Below, piece by piece: positions 30,127-38,906 of a stretch of DNA of 64,000 nucleotides (the first letter of the stretch is position 1; each line of letters starts with the position of its first letter). The stretch covers positions 1 through 64,000 of IMG/VR virus record IMGVR_UViG_2706796498_000001; one strand, written 5' to 3'. A model generated the notes under the pieces. That model searched no databases, had not been told where the DNA came from, and saw only the letters and a program-made list of their open reading frames with translations. This stretch comes from a virus. Its lineage: Duplodnaviria > Caudoviricetes. A program made the position numbers and the translations under genes.

Positions 30127-30264
30127 CTACTTTCTTTTCTTGCTTTTCTTATAGAATTGGTGCCTTAGTTTCATACAAAAGTTTAAGAACCAACGGGAAC
30201 TAATGATTGCGTCCATTACTAACCACAACAACATAATTATGAAAATAACTCTTACAGCTACCAT
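30127..30264 (-). CDS. small membrane peptide (45 aa, not in the track)
   Basis: MVAVRVIFIIMLLWLV..., AGGGGGTGG RBS, upstream TTGACA promoter. Confidence 0.6.
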   Translation of the reverse strand: MVAVRVIFIIMLLWLVMDAIISSRWFLNFCMKLRHQFYKKSKKRK

Positions 30265-30472
30265 GTTTTTACCACCCCCTTAAACTTAATAGTAACATGG
30301 TCAAGCATTTTGTCAATACATTTTTTTAAATTATAATAAATAAAAGCAGGATAGTTAATAACTATCCCACTTAAACAACCTGAACTAATAGCGACTGCAA
30401 AATTTTTACGGGCTAAAAATTATCAAATATCGGTCAGGTTTGCAACGGTTCAACAATATGTTGATGTTGCAA

Positions 30473-30561
30473 CGGAGAATGAGGGATTTGAACCCTCGCA
30501 CCGGTTTCCCGGCCTACACCCTTAGCAGGGGCGCCCCTTCAACCAACTTGGGTAATTCTCC
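30473..30561 (-). tRNA. tRNA-Ser(GCT)
   Basis: GGAGAAT/ATTCTCC acceptor, CCC-CT GCT AA-GGG anticodon arm, long variable arm, GGTTCAAATCC; no encoded CCA. Confidence 0.93.
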
Positions 30562-30636
30562 AAAATGTTGACCCCAAGATCTAGTGGGAATTGAAGTAAT
30601 TAAAAAAGAGAAAGTTTTAATTAAAAGGGTCAACAA

Positions 30637-30709
30637 TGCTAATTACAAGAATCGAACTTGTAACCTCCTGCTTACAAGGCAGGCGCTCTGCCGATTGAGC
30701 TAAATTAGC
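30637..30709 (-). tRNA. tRNA-Thr(TGT)
   Basis: GCTAATT/AATTAGC acceptor, CCTGC-CT TGT AA-GCAGG, GTTCGATT; no encoded CCA. Confidence 0.93.
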
Positions 30710-30760
30710 TTAATGCTAACGCTAAGACTTGTCGGAACTTGTTAGCAGTGTCATCTCATT

Positions 30761-30860
30761 ACCAGCGTCCACTCTTGTCAGGGGGTACGCCTTAGCTGGT
30801 GTTGGAGGACAGTTTAGAGAGATTTTATCACCCGTACCCGAGGGCTCTCCCGCCTGATGG
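30761..30860 (-). ncRNA. GC-rich, multiply pseudoknotted RNA at the 5' end of the tRNA operon
   Basis: five crossing complementary pairs within 100 nt, directly after TTGACA-17-TAATAT (30894-30866). Confidence 0.5.
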
Positions 30861-30898
30861 TTTATATATTACCAAATGTGAACTACAATGTCAACACT

Positions 30899-31420
30899 TT
30901 AGCTTAAATAATTTTGGGGGAATTGGAGATTAGTCCAGTGAGCTTCCACAATATCAGCTAAACGACCCACACCACTCTTTGCGTGATCAAATCTAATTCG
31001 TGATACTGAATTAACGTTTTGATACATCTTCAACACTTCGCTTGGAATCACAAAATCTGGTGAAACAATCAATAGGGAGCGATCAATACTCTTTTGATAT
31101 TCAACCGCACCTTTGAGCTTGCTTGTGGATTCAACACCCTTGACTACCATCTTAGCTACTAAATCAGCAATAGCATTGTAGTCAGTGGTTTGACATTGCA
31201 TACGGAACCCGACCCGAGTTCTACCATAAGGAAACCCACCTGTATCTTCAATTCCGTACAACAGGTTGTTTTCTTTTAGAATTTCTAAAGCATGGCTATC
31301 TGTCTGGTATTGGTAGATAACTACCAGCCCATTAATTCCTACCCCAAAATCAAGATCAACACCATAAACAGGTTCAGTTAGTTTTTGTTGTAATTGTTCT
31401 AAACGCTTGTTCTTACTCAT
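30899..31420 (-). CDS. hypothetical protein
   Basis: 173 aa, AGGTGA RBS. Confidence 0.75.
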   Translation of the reverse strand: MSKNKRLEQLQQKLTEPVYGVDLDFGVGINGLVVIYQYQTDSHALEILKENNLLYGIEDTGGFPYGRTRVGFRMQCQTTDYNAIADLVAKMVVKGVESTSKLKGAVEYQKSIDRSLLIVSPDFVIPSEVLKMYQNVNSVSRIRFDHAKSGVGRLADIVEAHWTNLQFPQNYLS

Positions 31421-31438
31421 ATGTTCTTCACCTGCTTG

Positions 31439-31768
31439 TTATAGCCCTTGTCGAATGATTCCTTGTTCTACTACGGCGTGTTCAATAGTCTCATCATTAA
31501 TTTCGCTGATATTAAGAGATTTAATTACTTGCAAAATAATCTCTGTAAATCGTTCATGCGCACATTCAATGCTATTTGATTGTGTCTGTAAATATACCCC
31601 GTGAACATCTAAGCCAATGTGAACTAAGCCAAAGTGGTCGTAGTTTTCAACAGCCATATGTTCTGGGGAGTTAGTGTCCCGTAATACGTTGACAAAGGCA
31701 CTGGTGGTTCTTTCGCTTAAAACTGGGAAATTAGTTCCTAAATTCATTCGGTACCAGTGCATGATCAT
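31439..31768 (-). CDS. hypothetical protein
   Basis: 109 aa, AAGGAG RBS, upstream TTGACG promoter. Confidence 0.7.
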   Translation of the reverse strand: MIMHWYRMNLGTNFPVLSERTTSAFVNVLRDTNSPEHMAVENYDHFGLVHIGLDVHGVYLQTQSNSIECAHERFTEIILQVIKSLNISEINDETIEHAVVEQGIIRQGL

Positions 31769-31899
31769 TGCTCCTTTTCTATTTCATGGTTCCAGTTTAG
31801 CATTGGGATTTATCCACGTCAAGCTAATTCCAAAATTTTTTAAATAAATTTGGGCAAAGCCCTTGCCCTTCTAGTTGTTTGTGGTATACTATAATTAAA

Positions 31900-32655
31900 T
31901 TAAAACCAAGAGATTGGTGAGTATGAGTAGAACGTTCAATACCCGTTGAAATAGCTACGAGTACCCTACTAGGATAAGGGCAAAACCGTGTGTCCTAGTA
32001 TCTTACAGTTAAATATCAATTCACCGTTTGAGTTAAGCCTACTTGATTAGGCAATGGGATAACGAGGTGAACGCCCCCCACAAGGCAAGATCTCATGAGG
32101 CGCGTTACAATTACAGGTTTGGGAACTATAAATCAAGCAAGTTCCAGGTTCTATATCCAAGACTGGACTATCACAACTAATTAGCATATGGCTTACTAAT
32201 TGGTTGCCAGAGAGGAATAAGGGTCTTAAAACCGATTGAGATGGTGTCATGAGCCTAACTATAAAATTCATGCGAAGCTACAAATTAGCCTGATTCATGG
32301 GGGAACCAATTCAAACCTAGGGCCGTAGCTTTAGTATTAGTGAGTGCTACTATAAGGCACGGCTGGTAGGGAAGTTCCCTAATGGCCTTGTAATTGGAGA
32401 TGGTTAGTCTTGATATGCTAATCATCAAGTTACAAGTAACCAAGGGGAGGAGCTGACAGACCAACGCTTGTTGGAATTAGTTAAGCGCAGAAGTAATCAG
32501 TAATGGTGAAGATAATGCTTAGCTAGTTATGGTTAAAGATATTAGCAATAATATCAATAATCAGAAACCGGGACTTCCGGAGGTTTCTAAAAGCTGTTAG
32601 ATTGATCCAGTTGAAATACGTTTCATAGTAAAGGTTCCCCTGTGATGTACTATAC
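31900..32655 (+). ncRNA. large ornate ncRNA (~750 nt), family unassigned
   Basis: TTGCCC..TGGTATACT promoter at 31863-31890; no credible ORF; more than ten stems plus long-range loop-loop pairings. Confidence 0.6.
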
Positions 32656-32669
32656 CCGAACGACCGATA

Positions 32670-33240
32670 TACCAAACTCGGTGTTTCCCAATATTAATCA
32701 CTTACAACTCTTACCCCCTATTCCAACAGTTAAGTCTTATGTCTTAATCTGTCTTTTCTGTCCGGAGTAGGAGGTAAAAGTTTAACCTTCCCCTTCACTC
32801 CCTCAACCCAAACTCGGTGTTACCGTGTTGTCAAGGTTAAACTTTAGATAACGGGTTACTTCTTGGTAAACTGTTATTGAGAAAGAGATAACTATTAAAG
32901 GGTTAACCCTTAAAATTTTATCTTCTTGGTTAACATTCTTGGTTTAACTCTTAGGTTAGATAGTTAAGATAGAATGTTAACTAACTTAGATAGATAACTC
33001 TTAGGTTAGGATTGAATAACTAGGACGGAGTTAGTTAATATACATATACCAGATAGAGATGAATATTCTTACAACAATGATATAACACCAGTATCTACTG
33101 TAAGAATTAGTCATAATGAATATAAATGAAAAACTGGATAAATATTCAGTAATTAAAGATAAAGATTAGAACAACTAACTAGGTTAAGATTGTTAAGGTA
33201 TATCTGGTCAGAACTTTATTTTTACCCTTGGTTAGAAAAA
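32670..33240. other. putative replication origin with iteron-like repeats
   Basis: non-coding and AT-rich; CCAAACTCGGTGTT twice; repeated (C/T)T(T/A)GGTTA and TAGATA units; lies at the main minus-to-plus gene strand switch. Confidence 0.45.
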
Positions 33241-33306
33241 TCTATTGACAATTAGGACGGAGTGATAGATAATAAAGACAATCAAATAGAAAGGAAGATT
33301 GATTAC

Positions 33307-33411
33307 ATGAAAGAAGAAGATAAGTTTAACTATGATTTAATTAACCTAACTACCAGTGTTATCGTTGGTAGTCTGGTTAGTTTACTATTAGTAGCACTGT
33401 TTTTAGGTTAA
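33307..33411 (+). CDS. small membrane peptide (34 aa, not in the track)
   Basis: TTGACA promoter at 33245; AAAGGAAG RBS; C-terminal TM. Confidence 0.6.
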   Translation: MKEEDKFNYDLINLTTSVIVGSLVSLLLVALFLG

Positions 33412-33432
33412 TAAGAATGTCAGGTTATTAAG

Positions 33433-33603
33433 ATGGAAATGAATCAAGCAGAACACTACTTTCAGACTGGACAAGCAGTAATGTACCAAGGTCAGCCTGT
33501 TAGGTTACTTGGCGTGAACTTATTAAAGGACGAGTTCACAGTGGTATTCCCAGACGGGCATAAGGTGCATGAAGTGGGGGTAGAAGAACTATGGAGTATC
33601 TAA
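33433..33603 (+). CDS. small hypothetical protein (56 aa, not in the track)
   Basis: MEMNQAEHYFQTGQAVMYQG...; overlaps the next start. Confidence 0.6.
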   Translation: MEMNQAEHYFQTGQAVMYQGQPVRLLGVNLLKDEFTVVFPDGHKVHEVGVEELWSI

Positions 33604-33833
33604 CTAAGAATTTCTATAGTAAACGTCAGGTTGTGACATCTAAAAGCCACCCCAATATTGACACCAAAGGTTGTGTTAAAAAGTTAAATAAATGGTTAGC
33701 TAAGCCAGACCAGCAAGACGTCAAGGTTGACCATTTTATCATTAAACCAAAATGGGGAGATAATGTGGTAGTTAATGGTATGTTTCGGTGTACCGTACTA
33801 ACTCAATTAACTATTATCTATCACCACGAGTAA
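33591..33833 (+). CDS. hypothetical protein
   Basis: coupled ORF in operon. Confidence 0.65.
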   Translation: MEYLTKNFYSKRQVVTSKSHPNIDTKGCVKKLNKWLAKPDQQDVKVDHFIIKPKWGDNVVVNGMFRCTVLTQLTIIYHHE

Positions 33834-33849
33834 TTAAGGAGGTTTCATC

Positions 33850-34299
33850 ATGAAGGGTCACTTTGTAATTAATGATTTAGAAGATAACAAGATCATAGTC
33901 ACTTTTAAGGTGGTTGGTACTACCTTTCACCAGAACGAAGTCGATGAATTATTAATGAAGGCAATGCCAGATTTCAGTTCTGAACAAAACGGTCAACAAG
34001 AACGAACTTACAACTATTCAATTGATCTGATTCCAGAACCAGATAACCAATATGATAGCAACGCAGTTAAGGTTGTGTTTAAGGCGATTAATCAGCCATT
34101 ACACATTGGTTACTTACCAAAGGAGTTTAACTGGCTATATCTAAAGCTAATTAATATCCTAACACCAGTAACATCACCATCATTAAAGGTCATTAAGCGG
34201 GAAGCTATTTGCGTTGGTAGTAATGATGATGGTACACCAAGGTTCCAAGATTTTAATGATGAGTTCCTCGTTCAGTTTGTATTACAAAACAAGCAATAA
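33850..34299 (+). CDS. HIRAN-domain protein
   Basis: VVGTTF, LIPEPDNQYDSNAVKV, HIGYLPK. Confidence 0.8.
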   Translation: MKGHFVINDLEDNKIIVTFKVVGTTFHQNEVDELLMKAMPDFSSEQNGQQERTYNYSIDLIPEPDNQYDSNAVKVVFKAINQPLHIGYLPKEFNWLYLKLINILTPVTSPSLKVIKREAICVGSNDDGTPRFQDFNDEFLVQFVLQNKQ

Positions 34300-34379
34300 A
34301 TGTAATACTTGTAAAGTAAACGACATACCTGTGTTATGGTAATTAAGTAATTAATGTTATATTATTAACAATAGAAAGG

Positions 34380-35024
34380 ATGGTTTTTATTTTAAAAGAA
34401 ACTAATAAATCTAATCATAATAAGTTAAAGTTGGTATTAGGTGTTGGGTTAATGCTAGGTGTGACGGCCCTTGGCGTAACATCAAACAGTGATGAAGCTG
34501 ACGCCAGCACTCGCAACGGAAACATTGTTACAGTTCAATCTGGTGATACTTTAAGTGAAATTTCCACTACCTACAATACCAGTGTTGATCAATTAGTTAA
34601 GGATAACAACATCACTAATGAGGACTTTATCCAAGTAGGTCAACAATTAAATCTAACTGGGTCAGTAAACCAACAACCGGTTAGTCATCAACCAGTTATT
34701 CAACCACAGACTAATCAACAACCAGTAAACCAACAACCGGTTAGTCAACCACAAACTAACCAACAGCCAGTTGATAACACCAATAGTAATAACCAATCTA
34801 GCAGTGAACAGGAAGCTAAGGAATGGATTGCCCAGCATGAATCCAGCGGCTCCTACACTGCCCAGAACGGTCAATACGTTGGTCGCTACCAACTTTCCAG
34901 CTCTTACCTAAATGGTGACTATTCGCCAGCAAACCAAGAACAAGTAGCTGACCAGTATGTCGCTTCACGCTATGGTTCGTGGAGTGCCGCTAAGAACTTC
35001 TGGTTATCGCATAATTATTATTAG
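34380..35024 (+). CDS. secreted LysM protein, aggregation-promoting-factor (Apf)-like
   Basis: signal peptide, one LysM, Q/N/P linker, C-terminal AKEWIAQHESSGSYTAQNGQYVGRYQL..YGSW.AAK.FW..HNYY. Confidence 0.85.
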   Translation: MVFILKETNKSNHNKLKLVLGVGLMLGVTALGVTSNSDEADASTRNGNIVTVQSGDTLSEISTTYNTSVDQLVKDNNITNEDFIQVGQQLNLTGSVNQQPVSHQPVIQPQTNQQPVNQQPVSQPQTNQQPVDNTNSNNQSSSEQEAKEWIAQHESSGSYTAQNGQYVGRYQLSSSYLNGDYSPANQEQVADQYVASRYGSWSAAKNFWLSHNYY

Positions 35025-35101
35025 AATAAAAAATAAAAGACCTGTCTAGTAGATGGGTCTTTTTTGCGTTATAATGGGGTATAAAGAAAGGAGTTGAAAT
35101 A

Positions 35102-35260
35102 ATGAATCAAAAATTAAGAGGACAATTCGTTAAAGCCCCCAGTAAAGAGATAGACAAGATCATAAATAAAACGGTTGATATTGACTTTAAATCAGCTATG
35201 AATGAATTATTGGGAAACCCTAAATTATTAAAAACCCTGCAAAAGCTATCATTAGTTTAG
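35102..35260 (+). CDS. small hypothetical protein (52 aa, not in the track)
   Basis: TATAAT and AAAGGAG RBS; MNQKLRGQFVKAPSKE... Confidence 0.65.
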   Translation: MNQKLRGQFVKAPSKEIDKIINKTVDIDFKSAMNELLGNPKLLKTLQKLSLV

Positions 35261-35273
35261 AATCAAGAAAGGA

Positions 35274-35723
35274 ATGATACGTATGTTATTAAGTAGAGTA
35301 ATCACTTGGAAAACTGCCCCTGACTTAGAGAAACAGTTAAACTACTTGTGGGAAGATAATAAGGATAATGATATTACAATCCTAAGCATGAAACAACTAG
35401 GTCAAGCTAAACAGCTAGTAGTTACTCTAAAGGTTAGTCCTAAGACGTCTAGTGGATCTTCCTATGAACAACAAGAGGAAGCACAACCACATAATAACCT
35501 GGTAACAATGAAGCAAGTCAGCTATATTCGTAGCTTACAGAAACGAGCGGGCTTACACGTTCAAGATGAAGATGAGTTGAGTAACCTAACTAAGAAGAAG
35601 GCTAGTCAGATCATTAGATCATTGAAGAACGCTGATCAAGACCAACCAGTTAAGCACCGGGTTCCCAAGGAAGATAATATGCCTCTTATGGGTGATGGCG
35701 AGATTGATCATCTCCCTTTCTAA
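35274..35723 (+). CDS. hypothetical protein
   Basis: T.KQ.SYI.SL...LTKKKAS.II motif; acidic DHLPF tail like SSB C-termini. Confidence 0.7.
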   Translation: MIRMLLSRVITWKTAPDLEKQLNYLWEDNKDNDITILSMKQLGQAKQLVVTLKVSPKTSSGSSYEQQEEAQPHNNLVTMKQVSYIRSLQKRAGLHVQDEDELSNLTKKKASQIIRSLKNADQDQPVKHRVPKEDNMPLMGDGEIDHLPF

Positions 35724-35895
35724 AATATGGTTTGGAAGTTAAATGCCAATATTGACACAAATTACAGTGGTATGCCCTGATTGGGTAGTGCCACTCTTTT
35801 TTATATAGTTTTTTGGTCTTTTCTTGAATCCGACTAAGCGCAATAATGGCGTCAATCCGATCTTTATAACAGATTTTACCGGTTACACACTTCAT
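35686..35895 (-). CDS. small Zn-binding protein
   Basis: C..GK..Y...RAY.C..C..WHLTS; AGGAGG RBS. Confidence 0.7.
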   Translation of the reverse strand: MKCVTGKICYKDRIDAIIALSRIQEKTKKLYKKEWHYPIRAYHCNLCQYWHLTSKPYFRKGDDQSRHHP

Positions 35896-35968
35896 GTTCG
35901 CACCTCCTGTCTAGCTATATTATATAGTGGTTCAGTTCAATTATAATGTAGGTGGTGTAAAATTAAAA

Positions 35969-36385
35969 ATGTTTTTTAGACGATACACCTTTCTGATTGT
36001 CACAGGTGTCGAATCAATCTTAGTAGGTTTGTCTTTCTTAGTCCACCCATATTTTAAAGATGACGCTACTAAGCCGGTTTTGCACGCTTTTTCATTCTTT
36101 GGTGGCCCTTGGGGATCCATGATATTAATTTTAACTGGTTTTTTGTTATTGGTGGTTGGTTTACTCCGAACTCATCGTTATCATCTAGATCAGATTGTCT
36201 TGGCCTTAGGAACGGGGGTATGGCTAGCGTTATTCATGGCCTATCTTGTTCAGGATATGGTTAAACCATTTCTCCCGCCGTTTTCAGCCGGCACGGTTCT
36301 AATTGGCTTTGTAGTGGTTCGCCTGTTAATTGAATCTAGTTTATCTTCCATTAGTTCTGATGATAATGGAGGTAATAATGAATAA
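35969..36385 (+). CDS. four-TM membrane protein of the lysis cassette
   Basis: four hydrophobic segments; ATG at 35969 after GGTGGTG; TATATTA upstream. Confidence 0.7.
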   Translation: MFFRRYTFLIVTGVESILVGLSFLVHPYFKDDATKPVLHAFSFFGGPWGSMILILTGFLLLVVGLLRTHRYHLDQIVLALGTGVWLALFMAYLVQDMVKPFLPPFSAGTVLIGFVVVRLLIESSLSSISSDDNGGNNE

Positions 36386-36767
36386 TGCTATTGTAACCTT
36401 ATTAGTTTCGTTTCTAGGTGGTTCTAGTTTGTCCGCCATTCTATCCTATGTGGCTAAACGTAAGGAAGTGACAGTTAACAGCAGTAATCAGTTGATTGAA
36501 CAGTTTAATTCAACCTTACGGGAACTATTTAACCGGGTGGATAAATTAAACAAGACTGTTGATGAACTTAATAGTAAGTTGACAGACGCAAACAACAATC
36601 TGATTAATGAACGCCGATTAAGAGAAGAAAAAGAGTTTGAAAACCAACAACTTAAAGATAAAATTGATATATTAAATAAGCAGATAGATGATTTAACCAA
36701 AAAGGTGAGCCGTCTAAATACTCACTTGGATCAGGCAAAGGAGATTAATCAAAATGTTAGTACGTAA
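36378..36767 (+). CDS. N-terminal TM plus coiled-coil lysis accessory protein
   Basis: GGAGG RBS; hydrophobic N-terminus and long heptads. Confidence 0.7.
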   Translation: MNNAIVTLLVSFLGGSSLSAILSYVAKRKEVTVNSSNQLIEQFNSTLRELFNRVDKLNKTVDELNSKLTDANNNLINERRLREEKEFENQQLKDKIDILNKQIDDLTKKVSRLNTHLDQAKEINQNVST

Positions 36768-37197
36768 TTTCGCCGATGTAATTGTAGCTTTAGCTGTGTT
36801 GGCTTTGCCAGTTATTACTGGATATATTGCTAAGGCAATGGGTAAGAGTTCTTCCTTATCCGGTTTGATTGGTGTGTTACCAATGGTCGCTAAGGACGCT
36901 GTTGTAGTAGCTGAAAAGACCGGGGTTTTGGATAGCTTAACTGGTAATGAACAGTTAGCTAAGGCCCTTGCGACTGCTAAGGCAGAATTAGCTAAGTTGG
37001 GTTATGATAAGGTCGATGAACAAGTATTAGTAAATGCGCTTGAACAGGCTTATGCACAGCTCAAGAGTGCAGGGACTTTGGCAGTATACAAGAAGCCGGT
37101 TGAACCAAAGCCAGAAGTTGAAGCACAACCAGAGGTAGAAGCACAACCAAATCCGGAAGCGGAAGCACAACCAGAGGTAGATTCCCCAGCCAAGTAA
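36754..37197 (+). CDS. holin, LL-H family-like
   Basis: one TM, A.DAV..AEK...G.E....A...LEQAYAQ; immediately before the lysin. Confidence 0.75.
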   Translation: MLVRNFADVIVALAVLALPVITGYIAKAMGKSSSLSGLIGVLPMVAKDAVVVAEKTGVLDSLTGNEQLAKALATAKAELAKLGYDKVDEQVLVNALEQAYAQLKSAGTLAVYKKPVEPKPEVEAQPEVEAQPNPEAEAQPEVDSPAK

Positions 37198-37285
37198 ATA
37201 TTAATTTATAAGCTAACACTAAAGCCTAAGTTTAACCACTTGGGCTTTTTAGCTAAATTAAAAGAAGAAAGGGGACTTAATTTTC

Positions 37286-38755
37286 ATGACATTTAAAAAA
37301 CGATACACAGTGCCAATTGTATTAGCGATGGCTACTCTCGCTCTATCAACTCCAGTTGCGACTGGTGCTGTACCTTTAGCCGAAAATCAGGTATCTACTA
37401 CGTTAGTTGCCCATGCCGCAACAATTAAGCACTATGGTGTGGACTGGTCAAAGTATCAAGGTAATTCTGGTATCTGGGGGTATTCACGGGACGACTTTTC
37501 AATCTCTCAAATTGGTGGGTATTACAATGGTACCTTTGTACCTCAAAGCACTTATTCTTCTCAAGTTGCTAATACCATTGCCCAGAACAAGCGTGCCCAC
37601 ACGTACATCTTTTCCCAATTTAGTGGTACATGGCAAGCTGACCAAATGCTGAATTACTACCTTCCTAGGATTCAAACGCCTAAAGGATCGATTGTGGCCC
37701 TTGACGTGGAATCGGGTAATCCAGACACGGCAAGTGTTGAGTATGCGTTAAAGCGGGTGCAAGACGCCGGTTACACGGCGGTTCTTTACGGTTATAAGGG
37801 ATTCTTGATTAACCATTTGGGGACAGATGGCTTGCAAGAGATTGCTAATCAGTACCCGTTATGGTTGGCCGAATATCCAAATTATCAAGTGACAACCGAA
37901 CCAAATTACAACTTCTTCCCGTCCTTTGATAACGTGCAGATGTTACAATTCACGTCAACTTATATTGCTGGTGGGCTTGATGGAAATGTAGACTTCACCG
38001 GTATTACCGAGAATGGTTATAAGAACGGGAATGCTCAACGGCCAGCAACTAAGACACCGGCAACTGAAACTGGTCAACAACTGCACCAAGATACACACAG
38101 TTATAATGTTAAGAGTGGTGATACCTTATCAGCCATTGCAAGCAAGTACAACATGACTGTAAACGCCTTAGCTACCTTGAATGGTATTTCTAACCCGAAC
38201 CTGATCTACCCGGGACAAACACTCCGAGTTGCTGATAGTGGTAAGGGTAATAGTGTTTCAGATAAGGCCACGGCCCCAATTGCTAATAATGTTTCCACAA
38301 ATTCTTATGTTGTTAAGAGTGGTGACACCTTATCGGGGATTGCTAGTCGTTATGGAATGTCAACCAGTGCCTTGGCTAGTTTAAACGGAATTAGTAATGC
38401 TAACCTTATTTATCCGGGACAAGTTTTAAAGGTTAGTGGTAGTTCTAATGGTTCATCGGCTACTACTTATACGGTCAAGAGTGGTGATAGCCTTTCTGGT
38501 ATTGCTAGTCGTTACGGGACAACCGTTAGCGCCTTGGCTAGTTTAAATGGTATTTCTAACCCAAACTGGATCTACCCGGGCCAAGTTTTAAAGATTAGTG
38601 GTAGTCAAGCTAGTTCCCACACTTATACGGTTCGGTCTGGTGACACATTATCTGGTATTGCTAGTCGGCTAGGGGTATCTTGGTACTCCTTAAAGGCTAA
38701 GAATGGGATTAGTAATGCTAACCTTATTTATCCGGGACAAGTTTTATCTTATTAA
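37286..38755 (+). CDS. endolysin: signal peptide, GH25 muramidase, four LysM
   Basis: [26 protein letters not shown]; four Y.V.SGDTLS.IA repeats. Confidence 0.92.
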   Translation: MTFKKRYTVPIVLAMATLALSTPVATGAVPLAENQVSTTLVAHAATIKHYGVDWSKYQGNSGIWGYSRDDFSISQIGGYYNGTFVPQSTYSSQVANTIAQNKRAHTYIFSQFSGTWQADQMLNYYLPRIQTPKGSIVALDVESGNPDTASVEYALKRVQDAGYTAVLYGYKGFLINHLGTDGLQEIANQYPLWLAEYPNYQVTTEPNYNFFPSFDNVQMLQFTSTYIAGGLDGNVDFTGITENGYKNGNAQRPATKTPATETGQQLHQDTHSYNVKSGDTLSAIASKYNMTVNALATLNGISNPNLIYPGQTLRVADSGKGNSVSDKATAPIANNVSTNSYVVKSGDTLSGIASRYGMSTSALASLNGISNANLIYPGQVLKVSGSSNGSSATTYTVKSGDSLSGIASRYGTTVSALASLNGISNPNWIYPGQVLKISGSQASSHTYTVRSGDTLSGIASRLGVSWYSLKAKNGISNANLIYPGQVLSY

Positions 38756-38790
38756 CGTTTGACAGAGGGTAATAGTATGTTATAATAAAG

Positions 38791-38864
38791 ACAGTTAATA
38801 CTATCCTCCTTCAAATAGTTTTCCATGTTAAAGTCTAGGTGTAACAGCCTAGGCTTTTGTTTTT
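38791..38864 (+). ncRNA. candidate ~70-nt small RNA with an anti-SD loop
   Basis: TTGACA (38759-64), TGnTATAAT (38781-86); ACUAU-CCUCCUUCAA-AUAGU hairpin; terminator 38831-38864. Confidence 0.6.
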
Positions 38865-38906
38865 GATATATTATTATTAGAACAAGTACAGAAAAGGGGT
38901 TTATAA

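Noticed and set aside
30400-30472. Theta (HDV-like) ribozyme in the tRNA 3' trailers
   Set aside because: The trailers form simple hairpins; I could not build the nested double pseudoknot.
32047-32271. 74-aa minus ORF inside the 750-nt element
   Set aside because: No convincing RBS, atypical composition, antisense to the promoter.
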